Source: Blasia pusilla
Taxonomy: Eukaryota
NCBI GenBank assembly: GCA_050084515.1
Contig: CM114271.1
Location: 14,260,001 to 14,324,000 of the forward strand
Direction: 5' to 3'
Length of the DNA stretch: 64,000 nt
Below the pieces are notes generated by a model. It saw nothing but the letters and a program-made list of their open reading frames with translations. It was not told where the DNA came from and made no database searches. Positions 1 through 11,700 of the stretch are shown here, one piece after another. Within the stretch, counting starts at the first letter, position 1. Every line of letters starts with the position of its first letter. The position numbers and the translations under genes were made by a program.

Positions 1-359
1 ACAGAGACAGTAGTACTTGGCAGGAGATGGACGACATGGGCCATCGGGGCATGCGTCATTTCTCGGGTGCAGTGGGCACCATCGACTTAGATGACAGCCC
101 GGAGACTAGATGGAGAGGAGGGCAGTGAGACAGGCGATGTGGCAGAGACCTTTGGTGGTAGAGGGCCACCCATCTCCTCTCACAATCCCATCATATGCCT
201 CGCGACCACTAGTGGACACATACCCTGGAGCCCAATACATCCTCCAAGCATCGATCTCTACTGAGTATAGTGATCGAAACTCCATGTAGTCATCCATCGG
301 AGGACCCTCCAAGTGCTGGAACAACCCCTTCCATGCCATGAAAGGATTTAGCCCCACAG

Positions 360-1210
360 TGGAGTTCTTCCGACAGTTGGGGAAGAGCTACTAGGGCGTA
401 CGCACCGACAAGCTGAAGAGTCTACAGGATTTTCAGCGACGATCGGGTGAGAGTCTGAGAGAGGCCTTCACACGCATGAGGAGGCTGATCATTGCTACAT
501 TTGGAGTGATCGAGGCGCATCGATACCCCGATTGGTCTGGGTTCGGACCGAGAACTACGAGGAGAGTCCGAGATGCGGTCTTTGATTCACACAAAGCCCA
601 CATTGAAGGTGGTCTTTGAGTTGTCAGAGCGTATTGAGCTCAACATGAGTGAGGAGCAGGTAGTGACCGCTGGATTTTCTCGAGAGTCGACGGGTCCACA
701 AGGGGCGGTGACCCCATAGGTGCCACAGCAAGCACCAGTACCACGGGAGCGGGCCAGTGTGCCTAGAGAGCACGGCGGGTACCGTGAGCCTATGAGGCAA
801 CGACCCGCACCTACATATGTTGCCCAACAGGGACCGATGTGGTCTTGTTGGACGTGTGGAGGGGCCCATAGGCAGAGAGACTGCCCACAGCATGGGAGAG
901 GACCACTAGCGCCTCCGATTGCGCAGGAGCCATAGAGGATGGCCCCACCACAGCACCAGTGTGACCATTGCCACAGATATGGTCACACTAGGGATATATG
1001 GTTTGACCTTTGCCGAGGGGCACGTCCAGAGGTAGGCCGAGGGCCTGGGGGCGGTCGTCCTGGAGGAGGTCGGGGAGTTCTTCCTGGACGTGGTGGTAGA
1101 GGACTACCACCAGCCAGAGGAGATGGAGCAGGAGCACCAGAGCCGGCACTTCTCTCACGTATCGATCACTTGGAGCAGAGGATTGTTGCCATGACGATGA
1201 TGCATCTTAG
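360..1210 (+). pseudogene. gag remnant with two zinc knuckles and an RGG-rich tract
   Basis: FFRQLGKSY*GVRTDKLKSLQDFQRRSGESLREAFTRMRRL (retrotransposon gag-like), CWTCGGAHRQRDC (846-884), CDHCHRYGHTRDIW (960-1001), GRGPGGGRPGGGRG. In-frame stops at ~392, ~717 and ~933. Confidence 0.8.
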
Positions 1211-1859
1211 GGAAGGCACGGAGCTGCGAGCAGCTAGTGTGACTCAGCTTCTACCTCTTACCCTGACCCGGGTGAGGATCTCGCCAGTATGGGATTTATG
1301 TGTAGTGCAGCCCAGGTTGAGGCAGATGCAGTGGTGACTCGGGGTGCTGCGAGAGGCACCAAGCCATCGAGAGGTGGAGTTGAGATTGACCCACAAGAGG
1401 GGACCGATGGGCGGCAGGCCAGGGTTCCACAGTCGTTCACACTATCGGAGGCACTACACACACCATCGATGGTGCCTCGATGACCAGCGGTGCCTACAGT
1501 TTAGGCACCTACGTCGACGTCACGAGGAGGTGGAGTGACAACTCCTATGCCGGCTCGAGTGGAGTCAGTGTCGACTATAGTGTTGGAGGTGGCCACTAGA
1601 GTGAGTGAGACTCTGCTATTTTCCGCCTTAGAGTTGGCGACGTTGGGAGTTGGACCAGCTGAGGTGTTCTGGTTGGCCGCCACGTTGTGTGAGCGTGGAG
1701 AGATGACTGCTTCTTGTTCAGAGGTAGTTGAGGAGGTGGTGGACTTGTCCTTAGAGCCGGTGCTTGGGACGTTCCCCACAAAGTCATGGCATGCGGCGGC
1801 GGCAAAGTTGGTAGATATGCCAGCTCGACCGGCCATAGAGCGAGCACTGGTGACACCTA

Positions 1860-2260
1860 GAGTAGTGTTACTGGATAACCGAGCTGGAGTATTTCGCTTG
1901 GTTAGTCCGACGGGGACAGTATACCACCCACAACGCGTCCTACTTGATTCGGGAGCGCAACCCTTGATGTTAGGGAAGGCGGCATGTTTAGCGTTGGGGT
2001 TACATAAGACCGACATTGAGCCTTGTCCCTTCCAGATACAGACCTTGATTGGGGGCGTATCACCCACTCGAAGATATGAATCGACGGAGATTCCGTCGAG
2101 TCCGCCGAGCATCGACGGATAGTGCTATTGTGCGCACACGTGCGATTACGACACCTGTTGAGTCGTACGATGTGTTGGTGGGGAGTACAGTGTTATATCC
2201 CCTAGGATTCATCCTTGACTTCTAGGAGGAGACCGTTGCTTATCGGCCAGGATGGCGGTC
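1860..2260 (+). pseudogene. Retroviral-type aspartic protease remnant
   Basis: RVLLDSGAQPLMLG with catalytic DSG at 1946-1954; C-terminal YDVLVG at ~2166-2183 in another frame. Confidence 0.85.
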
Positions 2261-2634
2261 AGGTGACGGTCGGATGAGTCAATTACCCGTGCAGTTTGCG
2301 GGATGAGGTGGTCGATCACGAGGCGAGTCTGTGACCACGTTGGCGGCTTTCACAGGTAGTGTTAGCTGGCCAGGAGAGTTGTTGGAGGGGAATGCACATG
2401 CGGAGGATGTCCCAGTAGCGGATAGTCCCACGGAGAGACAGGCCATGGCGGGTGTCTCTTCCCATGTTAGCGATGCCTCTTCACGATTATGGGGTACGAC
2501 TCGAGAGCTACAAAGGAGTGCCTACGACCTCGTGAGGCAGGCGTGGAGTCATGTTTTTATCCCAGAGCAGCGAGATTCACGTGGCGATCGGGCTCTTGGA
2601 GTGGAGACGATGACCCCACTAGATACCACACACT

Positions 2635-3780
2635 GTGTGGCGTGCCGAGGAGGGTGTTAGGGTGTTAGATCTCTTCAGAGGGATTAGCACCGGATTGGTG
2701 GCCATATTGCAAGCGGGCATACGGGTGCATCAGTACCTTTATGTGGAGAGAGATGAGACCGCGCGGCGAGTATCATTACGTCACGTGGCGAGATTGGCCC
2801 AGAGGTATCCTGAGTTGTCGTCGGTATCTGCAGTACGGGGATACCAGCATACACTACCCGCTGACATATCTTTGGTGGGGGCGCAGGATTTGGATAGAGT
2901 TGGCACCATTCATTTGGTGATTTCTGGATGGCCATGTCAGGGTCATTCATCAGCTGGCCGAGGATTAGGATTGCGGGATCCGAGGTCAGGGATGTTTTGG
3001 GAGATGCTGCGAGTAGTACGACACTTGCAGGAGAGTCAAATATGTTCTCCAGTGTACATTTTGGAGAACGTGCCGTTGTTGGGAGATACTCGTGCACGTG
3101 TGATGATGAGTGTACATCAGGTGAGGTCGTGGTTGGGACCTGCTGTGTTGTTAGATGCAGTGAGAGTTGGGTCACGTGCCCATCGTCCACGACTATGGTG
3201 GACAAACCTGATACCATCAGAGGTACTGAGTCGAGCCTATAGTGGAGTCCAGAGAGCATCACATCTCACAGTGGATGCTATTTTGGACTCAGGGCGTCGA
3301 TCTCAGGTAGTGACACGCGATGATAGACCACCGTTGGCCACGGCCAATAGGGTGGGGGAGTTGAGGGTAGCCTTACCTACGTTGGTGAGCTTCCCAGCAT
3401 CCCATGCCTTTCGTCAGGGAGGGCGAGGCATGATTTGGGATGAGGTGACGGGAGTATTGGAGGAGCCTACAGCAGATGAGCGCGAGCGCGCCATGGGGTT
3501 CACTACCAGTACTACGGCGGTGCCAGGGATGACTGAGGCATCACGGAGACAGGTGTTGGGGCAGGCGATGGACCTCAACTGTCTCAGATGGATAGTCAGC
3601 CTAGGTATGGCTGGGCAGAGATGGATGCGAGTGTCATCCATGCCGCCACGATCCACGAAGTTGGACCACCGCCTCGTGGTGCATGACAGGCATTGGCTGG
3701 GGGCGAGACGAGGAGAGATAGGCACCCATGGACTTCCTGGGACGTCGTTCGAGCAGAGAGTGCAAAGGCGGCTAGAGTAG
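2635..3780 (+). CDS. DNMT3-like C5 cytosine DNA methyltransferase domain of the retrotransposon polyprotein (domain ~2656-3600, uninterrupted)
   Basis: All catalytic motifs in canonical non-permuted order: I VLDLFRGISTG, II YLYVERD, III ADI, IV LVISGWPCQGHS (PCQ 2932-2940), V PRSGMFWE, VI YILENV (3064-3072), VIII DAVRVGSRAHRPRLWWTN, IX ERERAMGF, X RRQVLGQAMD. There is no own ATG; the frame is entered by a frameshift near 2630. Confidence 0.95.
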   Translation: MWRAEEGVRVLDLFRGISTGLVAILQAGIRVHQYLYVERDETARRVSLRHVARLAQRYPELSSVSAVRGYQHTLPADISLVGAQDLDRVGTIHLVISGWPCQGHSSAGRGLGLRDPRSGMFWEMLRVVRHLQESQICSPVYILENVPLLGDTRARVMMSVHQVRSWLGPAVLLDAVRVGSRAHRPRLWWTNLIPSEVLSRAYSGVQRASHLTVDAILDSGRRSQVVTRDDRPPLATANRVGELRVALPTLVSFPASHAFRQGGRGMIWDEVTGVLEEPTADERERAMGFTTSTTAVPGMTEASRRQVLGQAMDLNCLRWIVSLGMAGQRWMRVSSMPPRSTKLDHRLVVHDRHWLGARRGEIGTHGLPGTSFEQRVQRRLE

Positions 3781-3997
3781 CACATGTTCATTTTTCGGAT
3801 GTGGAGCATGGTGTAGGAGGTCAGAGTGGAGTGGTTGTGGCGGAGGTGGCTAGGGTTGCTACATAGCAACCAAAGCAGGAGGTTGCGTCCTCTCCGAGTG
3901 AGGTCACAATGGAGACTTGGGAGCCTGTGATAGGTCTCAAGTTGATAGGAGGAGAGCGACGGCGAGTTCATAGGTTTTCGAGAGGGAATGTCGGTTT

Positions 3998-4671
3998 TTG
4001 CCTTTGATGAGAGACTTGGGTACGCTGAAGGGTCCCGAGATACGGATTGAGTTGGCTAGTGATACGCCGATCTTTCGTCGACCCTACAGGTATTCTGATA
4101 TGGAACGAGCCTTGATTCAAAGTAGGAGTCAGGACTTGTTGGAGGCAGGACTTGTGGAGTTATCACATGGGGAGTATGCATCTGCCACAGTCATGCCGGC
4201 AAAGAAGGATATGTATGGCAATTGGACGGATAGGCAGATGTGTGGAGATTACCGTCCTATCAACTGACAGACGAGGTCAGATCGGTATGCCATGCCTACT
4301 CTTGAGGAGATCTTTGATGCGGTAGGGCATGCAAAGATCTTGATTTTAGATCTCCGTCTTTGGCTATCATCGCTTCCTATCAGGTTGGAGGACAGGAGAA
4401 GATTGCGTGCAGGGGATAGATCGGTTCGGGAGAGATTGTTGTATCGGTGGCGGTTCTTACCATTTGGGTTGAAGAACGCGCTGGGGTTTCGAGGAGAGTG
4501 ATGGATAGGATTCTGGCTGGCTTGGATTTTGTAGGATGTTACATAGATGATATTCTTATCTTCAGTTCCACGGTTGAGGAGCATGAGCGACACTTGGAAG
4601 AGGTGTTTCGGCAATTGCAATTACATGGACTGAAGTTACATCCAAGCAAGTGCAGATTCTTTCACGAGTAG
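3998..4671 (+). pseudogene. Reverse transcriptase remnant
   Basis: PIFRRPYRYS, YASATVMPAKKD, MCGDYRPIN, YRWRFLPFGLKNA, GCYIDDILIFS (YIDD 4540-4551), LKLHPSKCRF; split over three ORFs. Confidence 0.95.
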
Positions 4672-4672
4672 A

Positions 4673-5330
4673 TTGAGTACTTGGGACACACCATATACCC
4701 GAGTTCAGCAGACGAAGGTAGAGGCTATTGAGCAGATTCCACGCCCTACAGATGTGAGTCGAGTCCGAGCATTTCTTGGACTGGCGAACTTCTATCGACG
4801 GTATGTCAAGGGTTTAAGTGCGATCGCAAAGTCTTTGACCTTGTTGACGAGACTTGATCAGGTGTGGTTGTGGGGAGATGATCAGGAGCGAGCATTTCAG
4901 GAGCTCAAGGACAGGTTGACGTCCTCACCCATTTTACAGAGACCGGTTAGGGGTTGCCCATTCCAGTTACATACGGATTGGAGCATGTTGGGTCTAGGAG
5001 CAGTGATTACTCAGAGGGATGACGAGGAGAGGGAGTTTGTTGTGGCTTACGCGAGCCGATCGAACAACATTGCAGAGGCGAAGTACAGCTCCTACGAGGA
5101 GAGTGCTTGGCTGCAATGTGGGCCGTGGCACATTTAAGGTGCTATTTATTTGGCAACCCTTTCACACTTATCACTGATCATCAGCCGTTGAGGTGGTGCA
5201 TGGAGTCCGACAAGCTTACGGAAAAGCTTGCCAGGTGGGCTCTATTACTACAGGAGTATGAGTTTGAGGTGGTTCATAGGCCAGGTCGGCTGAACCAGGA
5301 TGCGGATGGGTTGAGTCATAACCCATGTCC
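4673..5330 (+). pseudogene. RT connection and RNase H remnant
   Basis: VRAFLGLANFYRRYVKG, FQLHTDWSMLGLGAV, VAYASR, EAKYSSYE, FTLITDHQPLRW, LARWALLLQEY, NQDADGLS. Confidence 0.93.
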
Positions 5331-5699
5331 GAGTCTGAGAGACGACACAGGAGCTCGATGGCACGGAGAGAGTGATGAGGAGATGGTGCCCGGTTGGCAT
5401 GCATCTGCCTATCTTTGTTGGTTGACTATGGCAGGTCAACCACAGGTGATGACTCCAGTGGTGGGATTGGATGATGAGTCTTTGGATCCGGAGGTTAGTG
5501 AGGAGGCGACAGGTGGTCGTGATATCCATGACGACGTGGAGGTTGTGGAGTTCTTGCGCACTGGCGTCATTGCGAGTATAGTGAGTGCTAGGGAGTGGGA
5601 TCGGATCCTACAGAGAGCCAAGAGGTTCAGGTGGGAGGGGACTCACATTTTGCGGGTATGGGGAGATGGTAGGATACGAGTGGTACCTCATCCTTCCCA

Positions 5700-6695
5700 G
5701 CGAGCACGTGTAGTGCGACATGCCCATGAGGAGTTGGGACATTTCGGAGTAAAGCGTACTTACAGCTTACTCTAGGTTCAGTATTGGTGGTGCAGCATGC
5801 ATACTGGGGGTTCAGCAGTTTGTGGCCAAATGTATGGTATGTGACAGAGTGCGAGCATCCTTCAATGCTCCCAGTCCGTAGTTACATCCTTTGTCGATTA
5901 TGGGTTTAGGTTATCGGTGGAGTTTAGACTTTGCGGGACCTTTGCCATTGACTGGGCGTCATCATAGGTACGTGTTGGTCATGGTGGAGCATTTCTCCAA
6001 GTGGATAGAGTTGGTGGCACTACCAGACAAGGCGAGCGAGGGAACAGCTTATGCGTTTCTAGATCGTGTGCTTAGTCACTTTGATGCACCGGCGGAGGTG
6101 TTGATTGACCAAGGTACCGAGTTCAGGGGAGAGTTTCAGGCCTTGTGTGATCAGGGGCTGATAGATCACCGCACCACGTCCAGGGATCATCCTGAGGCGG
6201 ATGGATTGGCGGAGAGAGTGGTACAGACGGTGAATAGAGGATTGCGCAAGTATGGCTTGCAGCGGGGACAGTTGTGGGAGTGGGACCTATAGTTGCCATG
6301 GTTGGCTATGGGTTATCGCTTTAGTCGGCAAGCATCCTTGGCGTCATTTTCACCGTACTTTTTGCTCTTTGGGAGAGAGCCAGATTTACCTACAGCGATT
6401 CGACGTGACATGGCGGAGGTGTTAGATCTTGATGATCCAGATATGTGGGTGCAAGCATGTTCTCAGAGGGCAGAATTTTTTCGTAGAGTTATGCCTATGG
6501 CCTTTGAGAACTTAGCTATTGCCCAGCACAGAGATATATTGAGGTACGCGACCATTCGTGGAGGAGGTTATCGTCCAAGGATTAGGAGGTTTCATCCTGG
6601 AGATTACGTGTATTTACAGCAGGCGGCACCCACGACGCTAGATGTCACTGCAGGGCGCACGATCCTACGTGTGCGCGAGGCATTACTGACCGGAG
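5700..6695 (+). pseudogene. Integrase remnant (HHCC plus DDE core), C-terminus truncated
   Basis: HAHEELGHFG, CMVC at ~5831, WSLDFAGP, VLIDQGTEF, HPEADGLAERVVQT, SPYFLLFGR, FHPGDYVYL; TAG stops at 5773, 5879 and 6289. Confidence 0.93.
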
Positions 6696-7659
6696 TAGTG
6701 GCAAAGAAGCAAAAATTTTGATAAAAATGAAGAAATTTAAATTAAGATAAAACCATCTTATCCACAAAGGGTGAGTGACTAAATAAATAGGTTGAGTAGA
6801 TCGGATACAATGGCATAGCCACATAAGTGGCCATCATGTAGAGGTACAAGGCATGTATGGGATGTGTAGAGTATACGTGAGAGGAGGTACACAAGTGTAC
6901 CATGTGCAGACGTATAGGTACACTTCCACAGGTTTTGCAACTTATGGATTTAAATCGGTGGTTTAGGGGAGATTTTCCAAGCAGAACGTGATGGGAATTT
7001 GTAAGGGTGGGGAGTTTAGGGTTAGTGAGGAGTAGGGGAATCTCATTGTGAGGTGGAGTGCTTAAGAGTGTGACTGAAGGTTGTCATCATAACGTTCTCC
7101 AGGGTTAGGAGTAATGGGGTAGTGTGAGTAGTAGTGGAGTTATATGGAGTAGAGTAAGATACTCATGGTCTTTCGATGAGGACCCACTAAAGATTCGATC
7201 CATCACATCATCATCTCCATTGGATAGTGAGTCGATTGAAGCAATCGTGAGTATTGAGAGTTTTGCCTAAGAAGACATGGGAAATATGGGCTATATCGGA
7301 ACATGAATTTTTTTGAATGGGGTAGGAACCATTGAGTTGGATGATTGTATTGGTGGTTTTGAAATGTGGTGCGGTTTCTAGAAGATACAAACCTCGACCC
7401 CCTTCAATCTTTTTCATGACATGGAAGGGATTTTTAAAGCATTTGGAGGGAAGTCCTATGGATGATTATCATGAGTTTTTTTATCTTTACATGCGGTAGA
7501 GATTAAGATCCATAGTAGATAACAAGCTCTAAGTTATGTGTCCATAAATGGTTGTACAAAAAATGACAGGTTAGCAATGGTGACTACGATTATAAGCTTA
7601 GGACTTGGATAAGAGGCATGGTTGATGTTAGTGACATGGTAGAGATATCGAGTGATTCA

Positions 7660-8700
7660 TGGCCATCTAGCTTTAGCTTGAGAATTGAGTTCTTCCCAAT
7701 GTTGGAGAGCAACTACATGAATGTGTGGAACGAGACAATGAAGAGTCTATATTGCTTTCAATGGAAGTTGGATGAGAGTATGGTGGCTACATTCATCCCC
7801 ATGAGATGGCTGATAACTTTGTCTCATGAAATATTGGAGGAAAATGCCATAAAATTTTGATATGAGGTCTTGAACCAAGATCTATGGCAAAGAGTTCATG
7901 ATGCTACACTACTACATGATAGGCCGGCCTATCATGTATATATTCCAGTTTTCTAAGAGGATTGGTCTTGAGTGAGGACAAACTTGTGATAGCAAGATTA
8001 TTGTGAGAGACAATACCTCTACAAGATACAATAGCTCCACATGTGCTATAGCATGCACCAATACCACAGAAGAGAGGTGATGTGCCAAGAGATCAAGGTG
8101 GATATCATGAGTCCATGAGGCAATGATCAATTTAGATGTATGTTGGTTAGTAGGGATATATATATATTTGGGGGCATGTGGTAGATCCCAAAGCTTTAGG
8201 GAGTGCGACACACATGGTGTTAGGGCGCACACAACACCTTACCTTGCCCAGGAGCCACCCCACATGGCAACACCAAAACTATAGTGGGACCATTTTCATA
8301 AGTACTCTCACTTGAGAGATATATGTTTTGAACTCTGTCAAAAAATATGCTGAAAGGGAGCCCAAGGGCCTAAGGGCAGTGGAGGTCAAAGAGGTTTTGG
8401 ATGTGGTAGAGGAGCTTTGCCATCTATTTGAGCACATGTAGGGTGCACACCACATGCAAAAATCCTTACGCGGATAGAGAAATTAGAAAAGAGAGGCTTG
8501 CTACTATCATGGCGAATTAGCCCCAATGTGATATGGGTGCATGGACATCTACCTCAACTACAACATCCATTTTATATCAAGATGCAAATGCTAATTTTAT
8601 CTATATGGAATTAATGTGTAGTGCGTCACATGTTGATATTGTTGTTGTAATGACTTTGGATGCTATAAAAGTGACATATCCATAGGGAGGTGGAGTTGAG
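7660..8700 (+). mobile_element. Older, highly degenerate gag fragment of the same Gypsy family
   Basis: FFPMLESNYMNVWNETMKSLYCFQWKLDESMVATFIPMRWLI aligns to the gag at 365-490. WDHFHKYSHLRDICFELC (~8285-8338) aligns to CDHCHRYGHTRDIWFDLC. ILTRIEKLEKR aligns to LLSRIDHLEQR. 8625-8700 aligns at DNA level to 1288-1384 (atgtgtagtgc...gaggtggagttgag). Confidence 0.8.
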
Positions 8701-11700
8701 TAAGCCCCTCTTCACTAAATAAGCCCCTCCTTCTAGTACAGAGGGGCTTATCACAGGGAATTGGATATGGATATGAGAGTGGGAGAACTTTTTTCCACAC
8801 GGACAAGTTCATCCATAGGATGGATACAAGTCTACAAACTTGGACAAGTTCGTGGGCTCGTACTTTTTATTTTTGCAACCTTGCCCATACCTTTACGTAT
8901 ACCAAACCAGAATTGTAAATATGTTTCAATTATTATTTGGATGTGTTTCCTTTTCCAATCAACCTCCCATGAGATTTGGTGGCATCTTCATCTCATTTTA
9001 ACGGTGTTCTTGTATGTAGAAGATGTAGTGTACTTCATTCTCTTCTAGTATATGGAGTGGAGGAGTCATGGGTTAACCTAACTTCCACCATACATGAGAG
9101 GAGCATTCTAACCTTAGGATATCTCTGTAAGTAGGAGTGAGTCTTGGGGATTTCACCTAGAGGGTCTAATACATCATGTACAACCGTAGGCCTTTAAAGT
9201 GACCCTTTGCTATTATTATTTTTAATTAATGATACTATCTTTGGTTTTTTTGTATTTTTAATTAAGGCATCACTTTTATATTTTCTTTAATTATAGATTT
9301 TAAGTACCCTTTCACTATTATAATTACTTAGTTCCCTAATGCAATAGCCGCTTGCTTTTGATTCTCAACCTGATGCATCAACCATGGAAAAATAAAGGCC
9401 ATAAAAAAATCAGCAAGAGTGAATGAACAAAACAATATCTAGTGAAATGCGCATAAGAATGGGATGTGAACAATTCCTACCTATCGACGCTAAGCAACAA
9501 AGTATGCACACTCACTCTATTTTTCTCAAGGGCTTCGCCAAGTTTCTTTTTGTGTGTATTAGAAGTTTCAGAAATCATAAATGGCTCCCTCAATATTGCA
9601 ACCCTCTTGCCTCCCGTCAAATTCCTGAGACCTCACGACGAGCCTCACGAACCCATAACCTTGAGCTGCCATGCAATTGACCTAGTTCAAGCCGTTACAT
9701 CACCTTGTGCAAGTAATTCCATTGATCTTACTAATCTAATGGTCCAAAAAATGGTTTCAATAATCTATCTCACATTGAGATAGATAAGTGAAATTAAGTG
9801 ATGGTTTTCTCAAATGGATTTATGTTTTTTCCTTTGGCACCATCTTACATTTCACAATTAGATTGTCGTGAAACCTTGAAAAGTTTTACATGTTTGCATT
9901 ATTAGGCCATTCAACAATTCAGATCTTCTTTTAGAAATTTAAGGGGGGGAGAAACAAATCATCAAAGAAGATCTATCCTCCATTTTTAATTCATTAATGG
10001 GAGGTGCAATGTGTTTGAAATAATTCATGTATGTTGAGCATCCCCTAGACATGAACTAGAAAATTTTGGAGGATTTTGGAGTTTGACCCTCATGGAACAT
10101 CCTTCCCCTTGCTTGAGTCTATTTTGTCATGACCATACGGATTATGTCGTAGAGTATAGTGTGCTAGTAGAGGCCATTCCTTATGTAGGACCGTAGTGGC
10201 TTGGTAGAGATGCGGTTCCATACATAGGGTTGGGGGTTATTCAATTGGGGGTGACTTTCCCAGTAGGGCCCGCTCTTAGGTTGGAGGATATAAGGTGGAG
10301 TGCACTCAAAGAACTGATTGTTCTTTGAGTGCAATTTTCTTGCCTTCATATATTTGTAACATTACATTCCACCATCATATGGATTTGAAAGCTACAGAGG
10401 AGCATTTTTGCTTGTCTTTAACTTTAATGAACGATTTAGATCTTGTGAAAGTCACTAAAAAATATGAGTTATGATTTAAACTTGGAATTTTTTATTTTTT
10501 ATTTTTAGCTTCACTTTGGGGCAATATTTTCCTATGAAAAAGTTCAACCAACTCCTCAAGTTTCCATGCATGACTTGACAAAAATTCCAAATTTTTTTAT
10601 AAGTATGAGAGAAATTGGACATTCACAAGTCTTCCAACTTCATGTATCCATATACTACCATTACTTATACATTAAAGAAAATGAATTATTTATGGATGAT
10701 GTTAGTGCATATTTAATAATTATTTTATATGTATTCCTTCTTTTTTTTTAAAAATATGACCACTAAGAAAATAACAAGTCACAAAATGGGATATTGAGTT
10801 TCTTATAGTAGATTTTTAATTATTTGTACCGGCCTATTAATTATTTGGATCCTATGTTATAATAGGATCTAAAAAAAATTCTTCAATACCTTTCGCAACT
10901 AATTCCTTAATCATAATTTGCCTCTTTCTTAAATTAAAAAAACCTATTTCACCACTCACATGAAATGCTAATATCTTGAAGTGATGTCCCCGAGGAGTAA
11001 GTTGGGACCTCTTGACATCTTGTAAGGTATGAAGAAGGAAAGTGATTGATCTGTGAGTGCCTAATGTTTATCATGTACATTGCATGGAAGAAGGAAAGTG
11101 TGATGAACTTGCAACATCTAATGAGGTTTCCCGCGAGAGAGAAAGTGAAAGTCATGAACTCAATATATCTTACGAAGTAGGAAGAAAAATTAGTGACATA
11201 TCAAGATTTCTTCTCATGAGGTTTCTGGTGCGGGAGAATGAGAGATTTATCTCTTTGAACCTTTTTGAGAGGTAGTTTATTGGAGAGGAGGCAAGGTTTA
11301 CAATCTCATGATCTCTTGCAAGGTAAAGTGTAGTAAGCCTATCAATTTCCAAAAGTTGATGCTATGCGCTTAATTGGGCTTTACTTCATAAGGTCTCGAA
11401 GGACTAATAATTAGTGGAAAGGCCTCTCTCTTCCTTTTCTTTGTAAGACTCTATGAGTTCAATAGTATATGTTTCAAGATTGACTTATGATGCTAGCTTT
11501 CGCGCATATTAGTTTTGAGTTTTGCCTCAATTACATCAATTTTTGCATTAAAAAAAACATCTTGTGAGTTAGTTATCATTGGAGAGAATCGTTTTTCCAA
11601 TAGAAGACGCTCAAGATGATTGATCATTAGATCCATTAAAAAATTCAACTTAATAAAGTAATTTTTCGTTGCATTTTTCTCATTATCTTTTGTATCCCCC

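Larger units (their letters stand above)
1..6695 (+). mobile_element. Decayed Ty3/Gypsy LTR retrotransposon internal region carrying a C5 DNA methyltransferase (gag-PR-DNMT-RT-RH-INT); 5' end outside window, 3' end truncated
   Basis: Collinear + strand motifs: zinc knuckles 846-1001, protease LLDSGA ~1940-1957, DNMT motifs 2656-3600, RT YIDD 4540-4551, RNase H TDWS ~4972, integrase D-D-E 5920-6220. Integrase after RNase H is the Gypsy order. Many stops and frameshifts. Sequence switches abruptly to AT-rich DNA at ~6700. Confidence 0.95.

Noticed and set aside
2635-3780. Host DRM/DNMT3 gene or bacterial restriction-modification methylase
   Set aside because: Intronless, no own start, embedded between PR and RT, motifs not permuted as in DRM, no nuclease partner, and a second copy has the same retroelement context.
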